Assembly: GCA_028534125.1 (NCBI GenBank)
Contig: CM052817.1
Coordinates: 40,984,001 to 41,048,000, forward strand
Source: Lama glama
Taxonomy: Eukaryota
Direction of reading: 5' to 3'
Length of the DNA stretch: 64,000 nt
In this document: one piece after another, positions 25,557 through 37,130 of the stretch
How positions within the stretch are numbered: position 1 is the stretch's first letter
Layout of the letters: the number at the start of each line of letters is the position of its first letter
Notes under the pieces: generated by a model
The model's database searches: none
The model's input: only the letters and a program-made list of their open reading frames with translations
Told to the model about the DNA's origin: nothing
Position numbers and translations under genes: made by a program

Positions 25557-25842
25557 GGATCAGGGTGCCAGCAGGGCAGGTTTCTTGTGAGGCCTCGCTC
25601 CTTGGATTGCAGACCACTGTCTTCTCCCTGTGTCTTTACATCGTCTTCCTTCTGTGCATCTCTGTGTCCAGATTTTCTCTTTTTACAAGGACACCGCTTA
25701 TATTGGAATAGGGCCCATCCTAATGGCTCACATAATTCATTTATCTCATTAAAGTCTGTTTCCAAATACAGTCACATTCTGAGGTAGGAGGGTTAGCACT
25801 TCAACATGTGAATTTGAGGATGTTGTAATTCAGCTCATATCA
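25557..25842 (-). mobile_element. MLT1A/B-like LTR (truncated by the gap)
   Basis: tacaaggacacc...tattggaatagggcccatcctaatg...tccaaatacagtcacattctgaggtaggagggttagcacttcaacatgtgaatttg. Confidence 0.88.
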
Positions 25843-25904
25843 GTGTACAAGGATGAGAAGTGCAATAAGGGAAAACCAGGTGGGAAAAATGGTTGGAAAT
25901 ATCC

Positions 25905-26005
25905 ACAGGCTGCGATTTTAAATTGGGTTGTCAGGGAAAGTCTTGCTGAGAAAGCGACACTAGCAAAGATCTCAAGGATGTGAGGAAGCCGGCGGTACAT
26001 AAGTC
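25905..26005 (-). mobile_element. L2 fragment
   Basis: gattttaaattgggttgtcagggaaagtcttgctgagaaagcgaca...gatgtgaggaagcc. Confidence 0.6.
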
Positions 26006-26016
26006 AGGGGCTGCAC

Positions 26017-26370
26017 TTCTATATGGAATCTAAAAACGAAACAAACAAACAAAGAAAACAAAACAGACTCATAGATACAGAGAACAAATGGGTGGTTGCC
26101 AGAGGGGATGGAGTAAGGGAGTTGAGTGAAATAGGTGGCTTGGATTAAGGCGTACAAACCTCCAGTTATAAAATAAATGAGCCATGGAGATGTAATATAC
26201 AGCATAAGGAATAGGGTCAATAATGTTGTAATAACTTTGTATGGGGACAGATGGTTACTAGACTTATCATGGTGATCATTTAATAATGTATACAGATGTC
26301 AACTCCCTATGTAGTACACCTGAAACTAACAATACTGCCTGTCAGCTATATTTCAATACAAAATGCACAA
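26017..26370 (+). mobile_element. Laurasiatherian L1 3' UTR
   Basis: aacagactcatagatacagagaacaaatgggtggttgccagaggg...tgtagtacacctgaaactaac...tatttcaatacaaaa. Confidence 0.88.
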
Positions 26371-26371
26371 A

Positions 26372-26790
26372 AATAAATTAGATGTATAAATAAAATACTA
26401 TATAGCAGTAGAAGTGGATGAAATGTAGCTATATGTAGCAACATGGATGACTATAAAAGAAACAGTGTTAAGCATATATACAGTATGCTTCTGCATAAGT
26501 CAAGTTCAAAAACAAGCAAAACTGAATGATTTCTTTTAGGGATAACACACATACACACACAGATGCAGGTATGCATAGCACACACACATTTGTGGTAAAA
26601 CCATAAAGAAAAGCGAAGAGATGATTAACAAACAGGCAGGATGGAGTTTGCCTCTGATAGGGAGGGAAGGAAATTAGATTGGGAAAGAGCACACAGGGGA
26701 AGCTGAAGTTCTTTTTGTTCTATTTCTTAAGCTGGTTTGTTACAACATGGATGTTTAGATATTCAAATATAAAAATCCTTGACATGTTAA
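26372..26790 (+). mobile_element. Old L1ME/MC 3' fragment
   Basis: aaatactatatagcagtagaagtggatgaa...gcaacatggatga...aagttcaaaaacaagcaaaact...ttctatttcttaagctgg. Confidence 0.7.
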
Positions 26791-27469
26791 AATTTGTATA
26801 GATAAAGTATACATCGTGAATTAACACATAGAATAAGGATTAGGAACAGATTTTTTTTCCCCCTAAATTGTCTCATCTGGTAATTGGGAATGTGTACTTC
26901 TGGTTAAATGAGCACTTGAAAACAGTATTTTCTTTAAATACAGCCTTATGTCTTGAGTGGTGTTTTTGTTTTTGTTTTTAATGTAAGTGTGTATTTTCTG
27001 TGAGAGTTGGGAGAATTCTACATAATTTCTCCTGGCCACCGTAATGCTATATCTATTAATGTGCTTTTCCTTTTCATACATTAAAAGAAAACGCTAACAT
27101 TTTATCTCTAAAAATGGTGAAGCAGATTCCACACGAGGTAGTCAGGGCCATGGTCTAATTCAAAGCAGGCAAAGCCTTGCTCGAAACACTGCCCAAGTGT
27201 AATTAGCCCTTATTTAAACATTCACTTCTTTTTCTTTCAACCAACAGAGGCTTTTAGTTTCTCTGACCAGCTACTCCTACTGATGACCCAGGTAAATTCT
27301 TAAGGGAGAGAATATAAAATAAACTGAAATTAATAAAATAAAGTATTTCTCAGCATTGGGGTATTGAATTTGTGGGGTTAAAATTTGAAATCATTTTCCT
27401 TGGAGGCATGTCTTTAATCATACGCTGCATAATTTTGTCGTAAGCATGTTCACATGTGTTTGCTGACTT

Positions 27470-27630
27470 GAGCCTTAAACAACCATGAGAGGTGGATACA
27501 CAGTTGGAACTACAGAGTAGGCAAGTGTTCGTAATGCTGTCTAGTCCCTTTGTTAATAAATGGAAGGGTCAGAACTTGAGTCCAGTTCTTTTGACTCCTG
27601 TACGTTTTCTCTTATAACACGTTGCCTTTC
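27470..27630 (-). mobile_element. MIR fragment
   Basis: ttaaacaaccatgagaggtgg...aaatggaagggtcagaacttgagtccagttcttttgactcc. Confidence 0.5.
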
Positions 27631-27664
27631 ACTAGTCCCCCAGTTTTCAGTTTGGGAAATACGT

Positions 27665-28091
27665 CATTTAGGAAGAGGCTTTTATTCGAAGTAACAGAAA
27701 ACACAGTGACCGTGAGTTACATAAAGAGTGGCTTGTTCTTCTCACAAGCTCAGGGCAAAGGTAGGCACCGCTGATGTTGGTTTAGATTAAATGCTCAAAA
27801 CTGTTCTAACTGCTGTCTCTGTTCCCTCATGGTCACAAGCTAGTTGTGGCCGTTTTAGGTGCTATGTCTGTATTCAAGACAAAAAGATTGGAAAGGCGAT
27901 GCCAACAGATTTCCATTTACATCTTTTTTGTCCAGGGCTGTGGTATATAAATATCTCTCATTGAAAGAGAAGCTGGGAGATTATTTTGTTTTGTTTTATT
28001 TTCCAGTCTCTACAGTAGAGGCAGGCAAAGGAGAATGGGGTCAGCACTGAGCTGGGTTTTGCATAAGCTAAAGCCTACCATGTTTGTCACA
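27665..28091 (-). mobile_element. MLT1J-like LTR
   Basis: aagtaacagaaaacacag...ccctcatggtcacaag...gagaagctgggaga...tttgtcaca terminus. Confidence 0.65.
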
Positions 28092-28529
28092 AGAAATTGG
28101 AGGCATAGCTTGGATGCTGATACTGAAAACTTTGATTAATCAAGATCTGCACAAGCATTTCATTTTTAAGCTTAAGAAATTCCTTATAAACCCTTTTTTA
28201 TGGGTTGTTGCACAGTGAACCATAAGTAGTTACTGAGATTCTGTCTCTCAATTGAAAGGGGGAAAGTTGGCACGACTATTAGCACTTTCTCTGTGGTCAT
28301 GTGACTTCCTAGTCAGTCTCCTGTAGGCATAGCAGCTGGCATTGCCCTTGGGCACTTACAGCTTTGCCTTTTGCTTTCACATAGCCATCAGACAACTGGA
28401 GATTCAGGAGATCAAACCAGGGTCTAGATGTTAAGGGCTATTTTTTAAAAAAATTCAGCAAAACATATCTGTAAAGAGTCATCATTACTGTCTTGTAATT
28501 TATCTAAACCCTTGGGGTATGCGCAAAAA

Positions 28530-28752
28530 TAAGGGCTGGCGAACTTTCTATAAAGAACCAGAATGTACATATTTTAAGCTTTGTGGGCATTACTGCCTTT
28601 CTGCTGGGACTAATCAGCTCTGCCATTATACAGCAAAAACAGCCATAGACAAGACAAAAATGAATGGGTGTGACTGAGTTCCAGTAATACTTTATTTACA
28701 AGGCAGATGAGGGGCTGAATTTGTCACCTGGGTCATAGTTTACCTGCTCCTT
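28530..28752 (-). mobile_element. MER58A hAT MITE
   Basis: aagggctggcgaactttctataaagaaccaga...cagccatagacaa...gttccagtaatactttatttacaa...catagtttacctgctcct. Confidence 0.85.
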
Positions 28753-28789
28753 CTCTAGAGAGGTGCTCTGGAATGATTATAGTAGTATC

Positions 28790-29020
28790 AAATGATAGCC
28801 AAACTTATATAGTATTTATTATGTGCCAGACCTTGCACAAAGCCCTTTTCAAATATTACTCCATTTTGTTCTCATAATAATCCTCTGAAGTGGATACTAT
28901 TGTTAACTCATTTCACATAGGAGAAAAGAGACACAGGGAGTTTGTCTTGCCCTACGTCCTCAGCGGGTTCAATCCTAATGAGCCTTCAAATTCAGAGAGT
29001 CTGATTTCACTGTTTGCGCT
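28790..29020 (-). mobile_element. MIR SINE
   Basis: acttatatagtatttattatgtgccagac...tctcataataatcctctgaagtggatactattgtt...catttcacataggag. Confidence 0.75.
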
Positions 29021-29124
29021 CTCCTAAGATGGTTTTTGTGAATGTCTTTGGAGGAAAATCAGATAGTTAACAAAGCAAAAGAGTGTGTCTCCATAATCTG
29101 TCTGTCCTCCCTTAGATGCACCCA

Positions 29125-30113
29125 TCCACTTATTCAACCAAGTTAGCAAAATTTCTTTACTGCCTCTCATGCAGTGGGCACTGTTCTAGGATGTGGAGAC
29201 ACCTCAGTGAACAAGGCTGACAGGATTTCTGTCCTTTTAAGGCTTGTTGTCTGGTAAGCAGAGCCACACAGGAAAGGCAGTAAGCCAGAAAGGGAGGACG
29301 GTACACCCAGGTGGGGTGACAGTGACTGCATTGGCCAGTGAAGGACTCCCTGGGGGGGGTGTTATTTGATTTGAGACAGACAGACATCGTGAGAGAAGCC
29401 AGCCACATGACGGTTTGGGAGAGTGGGGTTCCTGGCAGGGAGAAAAACAAGTGCAGCACTGTGGGGTGGGGATGAGCTTGGCTCGAGGGATGCACAGGAG
29501 GGTGCAGGAAGGGCCTTGCAAACAAGCAGCGTGAGGGCAGCACATGGAGGGCCTTTTAGGCAGAGGTGAAGAATTTAAGTCTTATTCTAGGTTTGGTGAA
29601 GAGTCATCGAGGATTTGCAAGAGGAAAGAGAATGATCTGATTTTCTGTTTGACACAATTGCTCCGGCTTCTGTGAGGAGATTATAGCAGGGAGAAGAGAG
29701 GCAGGAGGAGGGCAGTTAGGAGGCCAGTGCCCGAGTCCAAGTGAGGGAAGTAGTTGCTTGGCTTAGGGGTTAGAAGGAGAGGAGAAAAGTATAAAGTTTT
29801 GGGGTTTTTTTGTAGGTAGGGTGGACAGACCTGGTAGATGGATTAGATATGGGGTCAGGGAAAAAGGTAACATGAGGCAACTCCATCTGGTTTGGCCTGA
29901 ATACAAGGTAACACTTACAGAGATATGAAAGCCCAGGAGAGAGCAGATTAGGAGGAAAAGAGATAATCAGGAGCTCTATTTTGGACAAGTTTTGAATGAC
30001 TATTACATACCCAGGTGGAGATGTTAAATAGACGGTTATATGTATGGATCTGGATTATAGGGCAGATGTGATGGCTGAGATAAAAATTTCAGAGTTATCT
30101 GCATGTAGGTGAT
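29125..30113 (-). mobile_element. L2a-like LINE, first segment
   Basis: attcaaccaa...gggcactgttctaggatgtggagacac...ggtggagatgttaaatagacggttatatgtatggatctgga. Confidence 0.85.
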
Positions 30114-30190
30114 TGTATCAATTACAATATTTCCTGCTGCATGTAGCAGGAAACTCAAAAACTAGTTTAAGTGATAATGATATGTAGGAG

Positions 30191-30887
30191 TGTTACCAAA
30201 CTCAGGTCTGGTTGCTCATCACTCATAAGCCACTACTCAAGAGGCAGGTGTTGGTAGGAAAGGAAAGGTTGCTTTATTCCAGAGGCTGGCAACCAAGGGA
30301 GAAGGAAGACTCATGTCCAAAAGCCAACTCCCTCTGCTGATCAGGGGACAAGAGCTTTTAAAGGGGGAGTTTCAGAGGTATATAGTCAGAGGGAGGGGGC
30401 TACATGCAGAACAGTACAGTCAGCTCTGACAGTCATCTTGAAATTGGTCATGAATGGTCTAATCAGTGTCATCTAGATTGTTTTAAGTATAGTTAATCTT
30501 CAGTTCTAGGGTCAGTTTGTTCCAGTGCCTTTGAGGCCAGTTCTCAGAATTGTGCAAGATGGGGCAGCTTATGTCATGGCTACAGTCTGGTCATCATGTA
30601 GTTAACTTCTTCCACCCAGTAGGGGTTTCAGTATCTACAAAACAGCTCAAAGGATGTAGTTCAGAATATTATCTATAGCCCTTGAGGAGGAACTAAAGGG
30701 TCTTGACTTTGCTTAATGACTAAATTGTTATTTAGTCTTGTTTGACTGTTTTCATTTGCTTCTGCATTTTCTCACTTCTGTGATAAAGTTTATTCTTTGG
30801 CTCAAGTTTTTCTACAGACAAGATGCAGGTGGAGGACATGGAGAGGGTGTGTCCTGGGAAGGCCCCATATGGTCCTGCTCTGTTTCA
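30191..30887 (-). mobile_element. ERV1-class solo LTR (LTR39/MER41-like, lineage-restricted), 697 bp
   Basis: TG...CA termini (tgttacc...tgtttca); flanks ggag/agag; AATAAA on the minus strand (ttgctttattc at ~30270). Confidence 0.85.
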
Positions 30888-31076
30888 AGAGGAAGCCCAG
30901 ACGTAGGTCAGGCTTCTGGTTTGGTTTGTCCAACACTTCAATGACATTTTCAAAGACCCAAATATTTCCTTCTCTTTGTTGTTCTGCACCAGTGTCTTCT
31001 ATATCCGTAAGTTGGTTTCATGTAGCTGACGTCAGAGCTGTGAGCTTCCTCATTCATATGTGAAAGGGGGAAGAGA

Positions 31077-31100
31077 GACAGACAGACAGACAGACAGACA
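31077..31100. repeat. (GACA)n microsatellite
   Basis: gacagacagacagacagacagaca. Confidence 0.9.
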
Positions 31101-31314
31101 CTATGATTGGCTAACTATGGCTCTTACTTAAGAACAAAAAGGGCTTCTTGCCCAGGAGCCCCCAGCAAACCTTTGCTTATACCTTATTGGTCCAAATTGG
31201 CTTAAGCCTGCCCATCCCTGAACCAATCACAGGCAACGATCCTGGGATTTCTGCTATTGACTTAGACAAAGTATCTGGTGTGAAACCAGTTTGGGAAGCC
31301 ACCCTCAATGTCCA

Positions 31315-31600
31315 TGATTTAAACCCATGAAATCACAGAGGGAAAAGGTAGAGAGAGCAGATGGAAGAGAATCCAGGCATGACGCCCTGTGGAGTTCTGA
31401 TATTTAGAGGCAGACCTGAGGAACAGGCGGAGACAACAAAGTAGACTAAAAGGCTGAGGCCACTGAGGGAATAAGAAAACCAGGAGAGTGTCATGTCACA
31501 AGGGTTGAAAAAGGAGAAAGTGTGAAGAACTCTGCAAAATGCTGCTGAGGGAAAATAAAATGAGGCAGAAAAGTGATCTTTGGATTTTATCAGCGTCAAG
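31315..31600 (-). mobile_element. L2 LINE, continuation of 29125-30113
   Basis: tttaaacccatga...aaccaggagagtgtcatgtcac...caaaatgctgctgaggga...tttggatttt. Confidence 0.8.
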
Positions 31601-31980
31601 TAAGGGCATTGTCCTGTAGAGCATTCACTCGCTGTTGGATTGAGGCTGGAAGCAGGGTGCTAACTCCAAATTCATTAAAACCAATATTGATAAGTTATTG
31701 TTTCTGGAAAGGTAAGGAGTGGTAAGAGCTTACGGTTCTTTTTTCCATTTACTAACTGAATTGATAGTCGTTAGGAATGGTTGTTGTCCGTAATTGGTCT
31801 TGTTATGCAGGTAAAAATGTCTTTTTCCCAGACTTATATAGATAGACTGAAAATCAGGTTTCACACATCCAGGTTTTTGATCCTTTATCACACCACAAGC
31901 TGGAATAAAAATGCAAAATGAATATGAAAATGTTAAAATCTGATCTCTTTCTCCTACTTCTTGGATTTCTACATGTTCTT

Positions 31981-32080
31981 TTTTTCTTTCTTTCTTTTTC
32001 TGAAAACAGAAAAAGAGTTTATTAGGTTACACTGCTGTAGACAACAGCAGGCTACACAGATAAGAGGTGCCTGTGTGAGC
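31981..32080 (-). mobile_element. 100-bp poly(A)-tailed retro-insertion of unknown origin
   Basis: Perfect 12-bp direct repeat ctacatgttctt at 31969-31980 and 32081-32092; minus-strand AATAAA followed by an A-rich tail. Confidence 0.7.
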
Positions 32081-32092
32081 CTACATGTTCTT

Positions 32093-32364
32093 CTTCTTTC
32101 TTTTTTATTGAGTTATAGTCATTTTACAATGTTGTGTCAAATTCCAATGTAGAGCACAATTTTTCAGTTATACATGAACATACATATATTCATTGTCACA
32201 TTTTTTTCTCTGCTGTGAGCTACCACAAGATCTTGTATGTATTTCCCTGTGCTATAGAGTATGGTCTTGTTTATCTATTCTGCATATGCCTGTCAGTATC
32301 TACAAATTCTGAAATCCCATTCTGTCCCTTCCCACCCCCTGCATCCTTGGCAACCACAAGTTTT
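32093..32364 (-). mobile_element. Young camelid-type L1 3' UTR (L1_Vpa-like)
   Basis: tttattgagttatagtcattttacaatgttgtgtcaaattcc...gctaccacaagatcttgtatgtatttccctgtgctata...ttggcaaccacaagttt. Confidence 0.85.
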
Positions 32365-34964
32365 GGGTGGATGGATGATGGTGACGGAATGCTGGAATGC
32401 TAAAATGCTGCATGTTCAAAACTTCTTAATCAAGCCCAGAGTGGGACAAAGTCGTAAGTCATACAGACGAGGTGAGGGGCCAAAAGGAGAGGGAATCTGG
32501 AAGAATGGTAATATAGCAAGTTTTGCAGGGCATTTGAACTTCCTTTTGTCTTTGTTTAAAAATCTGTTTCCCACTGGAAGTTCCTAACTCCTTTAGGGAA
32601 AGGACTATATTTTACTTACTTTTGTATTTTTCAGGGCTTAAATGGAATGCTATGTCTATAAAAATGTTAAGTAAATGTAAGGAGGAAGGTTGGCTGGAAT
32701 AGGATAGTTTGTCTAAAGACTGAAGTCACATGAAGGAAACCAATAGTTTTGTGTCTTTGTATGAAGCCGTTAGTTATGTTGTGAAACCTAACAAAAGAAC
32801 CCCCATGTTAAGAAGTAAAAGGTTTCCTAAAAGGCTTCATCAGTTCAACCAGGACCGATTTTGCTTCCCAAGGGACATATGGAAACATCTGGAGACATCT
32901 AGCACCGTTTTCTGCCTAGCAAACTGTGCGTTTCCTTCCTGTTTCCTTGTAGAATAGACCCTTCAGTAATGACACCTGACAAAGAGCAAAACCCATCCTA
33001 GATGCCATGGTTGTGTGGAGCTTCTTAAAAATATTCTGTGTCATGTGTTTGTTTGGAATTTACAGACACCTTGGTTGCAAAGAAGTTGAGCTTCACTTAC
33101 TTATATTGTTTCTCTGGTTAGAGAGACTTCATCATCTTTACAGGAGGACCTCGTCGAGACACCTTGAGTGCATAACCAAGATTAAACAATGATCAAATGA
33201 ATGGCAGGTGTATAATGAACTGTGCTCCCCAGCGCCCACGCTGTACTCAGATGGCACTGAAACATGTAACAATGCTGCTGTGTCCATTCAGGTTTTCCAT
33301 TTGGAAATGAACAGCAGGTGGTGTCTGACAAGCTAAAGGATGCTGAATAAAGACTCCACACAGCTGTAAATAGTAGGGAGCTCCCCAGGACAAGGCAGGG
33401 AGTGTTTGGATTCTTCCAGATCTGGCAGCCTTCTGTGCAATCACATCTGCGTGCATAGGCGCGATGTCTCTCATTACAATTTCAAATGACGAGCTTATTT
33501 TTTAATGCACGTAAATTGCCTTCAATAGACTTGGTGATTGAACACAGTAAATATTTTTCTGTGCCACTAAAAATAGTAAGCCTGCTGGAAAGTGTTTCTT
33601 TTTCCTTTTCTGCAAAGGCTTGTCTTTTTGCAGAGCATGAGCTCTTGAACATGACTGTTTACACATACCCTTCTCACTGCATTTTCTTGTCATCTCCTTT
33701 ACCCATGTGAGTTTTGTCAGGGTTTGGTCAAACTCCACTGCCCTTGCTAAGGCTGAGCTGACCTGGGGAATCTGTTGCCCTCAGTGTCTGTGGGTGTGTG
33801 GTGGGAGTGGGGCAAAGTCTTTGGGAAAAGCTTCTGGACTTGGGACAGAAAAGGGCCCTCCTCCAGCCGGCTGCCTCGTCACATGCCTGGGCTGCTGCAC
33901 CTCTGTTCCTTATGGCAAGAAGCCTGCTTGCTCTTTCTGCATATTTTCAAGGGCCTGCCATCCCCGAGGAGCTGCTCATGCAAATTACATCTGGCAAAGA
34001 TTGTCCCTCTCTGCCTTATGTTTTCTGTGCGCGTTCACCTTTATGTTGCTGTTAGCAATCTTCGTATCTGGCTAAGGGGTCCCCATTATCCAGGCCCCAA
34101 CAATGCATTCCTATAAAATGCCCTTGGCTGTGGGGGCAGGGAACTTGTATAAAAAGAATCTATGCTTAGATGTTTCCAAGTATGACTGTTTATGGTAGCA
34201 CTGAACGAAATAGCTTCTCTTCAAATTCACATAAAGGACAAGTGGATAGAAAACGAGAAATCGAAATCAACAGCCTAGGACCAAGTTCACAGGTATTCAA
34301 AGGGATGGATAGCTTTCAGACATGTCTCTTCAGTGTCACTCCATATTTCCAGAAGCTGGTGCATTTCTATCTTGCCTAAGAGTTTCGTAAAATTAAAGTA
34401 AGTTATCGTGGAGGAAGAATGGGTTTCTGTCAATTTTGCCACTTTGTTTTCTCATGTTATCTCTTTAAAGTCAATACTTTTTAAATTTGGTAATCTCATA
34501 GAGAAAATGCAAGAAATATTGCTAATATCTTCCGCTTACATTTGAGAAAGTTCTCATTCCATTAATATGTCTCCTTTCGCAGGGCTGGAGGGCAGCCTTG
34601 GATGAGTTTGGATGAGCTGTCCCAAGTCAGTGGCAAGAATTCAGCATGGGAGTGGGTACCAGCTCTGCCTGATCCTTTATGTGTCAGTCTCTCTTTTGAC
34701 TCCTAACATTCTTCTTAGTTCTTTCAGCTATAAAATGAGGAAAGCATGAGCTGTTCTTCCCCTTCTCCTACTTCTAGGCTAGGACCTCTGGACTGAGTTC
34801 TTTGGTGAAGATGAAGCAGGTACTTATTCCTGATAACATGGTGATTATTGCCTCAATCGACTCCATTGAAAAGTCAAAAGGGAGATGCTTTTAAAGTCCC
34901 AGGGAAATTGCAGTGTCTGTTCTTTGAGGGGAAGACACTGGCTGACCATCCTTCCCTGTCTGTG

Positions 34965-35007
34965 GTGTATATGTGTGTGTGTGCACGCGCGTGCGTGTGC
35001 GTATGCA
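34965..35007. repeat. (TG/CG)n alternating purine-pyrimidine tract
   Basis: gtgtatatgtgtgtgtgtgcacgcgcgtgcgtgtgcgtatgca. Confidence 0.8.
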
Positions 35008-35219
35008 TAGAAGTCACCAAAAGCTGCTGGAAGGGAGTGCCAAGTAAACCAGAGGAGCAGGGAAAGAACTTTGGGGCTTTGCAGCTGTAAGGTGTGGTTC
35101 TCACCACTATTGTTACAGTGCCAGCAGGCAAGGGATTGCCTCCGATATGCTATTCAGAGACCAGAGGGGCTTCTTGCCAGAGAGGCTGCTGCTAGGCAAG
35201 GCAAGAAGAGCTGGGAATG

Positions 35220-35238
35220 TAGCCCCCTGCTGGCGGCG
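35220..35238 (-). promoter_or_regulatory. Candidate CTCF site
   Basis: Reverse complement CGCCGCCAGCAGGGGGCTA matches the CTCF core CCASYAGRKGGC. Confidence 0.45.
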
Positions 35239-35688
35239 GGCCTGGCGGGTTGCAGAGCGGCAAGCTTGATGCACAAAGCAAAGGAGCTCCAGCCATAATT
35301 TCCGAGTGGACCCCTTCTGGCAGCTCTTTCTTGGAGCTCAACTCGGAGGAATGAAGAAATGATGTAGACTCTCAAGTCCTCGGTGGAAACAGGGCTACTG
35401 TTAATACATTTGCAAATAAAATAAATTAATGAGTGAGATTGCCAGAAAATGACATCCACCTAGGTGTCTTTTATTTTCCAGTAAGCATGTGAAACACTCC
35501 ATGGTGTTTGTTTGTTTTTAATTTTAGGACTTGGTGTAATGTTGAATTAAGACTCCAAGATTTAGAAACTAGCTCACTAGAAATTCTTCAGGCATTTTTG
35601 TGAGGAATGCAAATGAAGACACATCTCAAGAGAAGGGAAAGGGTGAAATATGCTGATTTTCAGCCTACAGCTCTACATATATATCTTC

Positions 35689-36076
35689 TGTTGTGGGCTG
35701 ATTGTGTCCACCCCCAAAGTCATATGCTGAAGTCCTCCCATCCAATACCTTAGAAATGACTGTATTTTGAGGTAGGATCTTTAAAGAGATAATTAAGCTG
35801 AAATGAAGATTTGGGGTGGGGGGCTAAGCCTGTATGAGTGGTGTCCTTATGAGAAGAGGACATTTAGGTACAGAGATGTGCAGAGGAAAGGCCACGTGAA
35901 GACAGAGAGAGAAGACGGCCATCTACAAGGAATGAAAGAAGTCTCCGAAGAAGCCATCCCTGCTGACATCTTGATCTTGGACTCCTAGCCTCCTAAACAG
36001 TGAAAAAATATTTTTCTGTTGTTTAAACCACCCAGTCTGTGGTATTTTGTTAAGACAGCTCTAGCAAGCCAATATA
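35689..36076 (+). mobile_element. MLT1B-like LTR
   Basis: tgttgtgggctgattgtgtcc...gacatcttgatcttggactcctagcctcc...ttgtttaaaccacccagtctgtggtattttgtt. Confidence 0.9.
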
Positions 36077-36199
36077 GCTGCCAATTCAGTTGAGAGTAAT
36101 GTGAAATGGGCTACAAATTTTAGCCCAGAGTCTCCCTTCACTCCACATGTAAAAGAAAATACGAATAGAATGTGTTCTTTCCAACTCAGCCCATCCAGC

Positions 36200-37130
36200 C
36201 AAGCAAAGAAGCAGGCGGAGAAATGGAAGAATGTGGAGGAATGTGGAGGAAGATGCAACTGATGGACGGGAAAGTGAACGTCTAGTCCTCGACCATGACA
36301 GGGATTGAGGCTGGGAGAAGCATGACTGTGGATGAATTTGGGAAAGGTGAGAAAGAGAAAGATGTTGAGGGGATCTATGCCTAGTGGGCTCTTTATTTTC
36401 CTGTGAAGTAAAAGGAAAGCTCGTTTCCTGAGAATGGCAAATAGGGGATGGGATAAGGGCCTCTAAGATAGGAATGAAATATTGAAATAGCCCCTTGGTG
36501 AAATGCAAGAGGGAAATTCACTAGCTCAGGCCAAGGAATTGTCGGGTGGTACTGCCGACTGCAGAGCCTGGAGCTGTGAGCGGTCCCTGTTGATAGAACG
36601 GTGTAATCTTTTTCAAAAGGGATCCATAGTCTGGGGAGAGGAACAGAGAACACAGATGGTCTGTGGATTAAGGAATCTGAAGGGCAAGTGCAAGGGAAAA
36701 CGTTAAGTGGGTGAAGGAATTAAAGATGGTAGTCAGTGAGGAGTTGGAGTAATAATGTCGGTTAAGCCAATCCTGGGAGAAGGAAATGAAGCTAGGAGAG
36801 GGGAAGTGAGAAGTTGAGCCACTTAAACCTAAATGAAGTCTAAATGCAAAGGTATTCAGTGTTAGGGATCTGAGGGCTGGTGGGATAGTATTTTGTGGTC
36901 AGAATGTGGCATTTTGGAATATAAGATTTTGGAGATGGAGCAGTATCGGATAAAGAAAAGATTACAGTAGCAGAAGGGATTATTCAAGTAAAGTGTCATT
37001 AAAAGTCATTGAAGTTTAAAAAAAAAGAGGCAAAGGTTTATTTTTTATCACAATTTACCATGAAAAATAAAACAAGGTGAAATATCCGTGAGGAGTGACC
37101 AGTCAGGCCTGGGGTTGCCGAAGAATGCTT
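36200..37130 (-). mobile_element. Old L2 internal fragment
   Basis: ctttattttcctgtgaagtaaaaggaaagctcgtttcctgagaatgg...gtggtcagaatgtggcattttggaa, purine-rich L2 pattern. Confidence 0.55.

Larger units (their letters stand above)
30114..31314 (-). mobile_element. MLT1-type LTR inserted in L2 and itself split by an ERV1 LTR
   Basis: tgtatcaattac...gcaggaaactcaaaactagtttaag, resuming gaagcccagacgtagg...ccccagcaaacc...cccatccctgaaccaatcac; tgatt on both flanks. Confidence 0.7.

Noticed and set aside
24956..25787. Longest ORFs in the track (178-269 aa)
   Set aside because: Artefacts of translating through the 500-N gap and flanking MLT1/MER5 sequence
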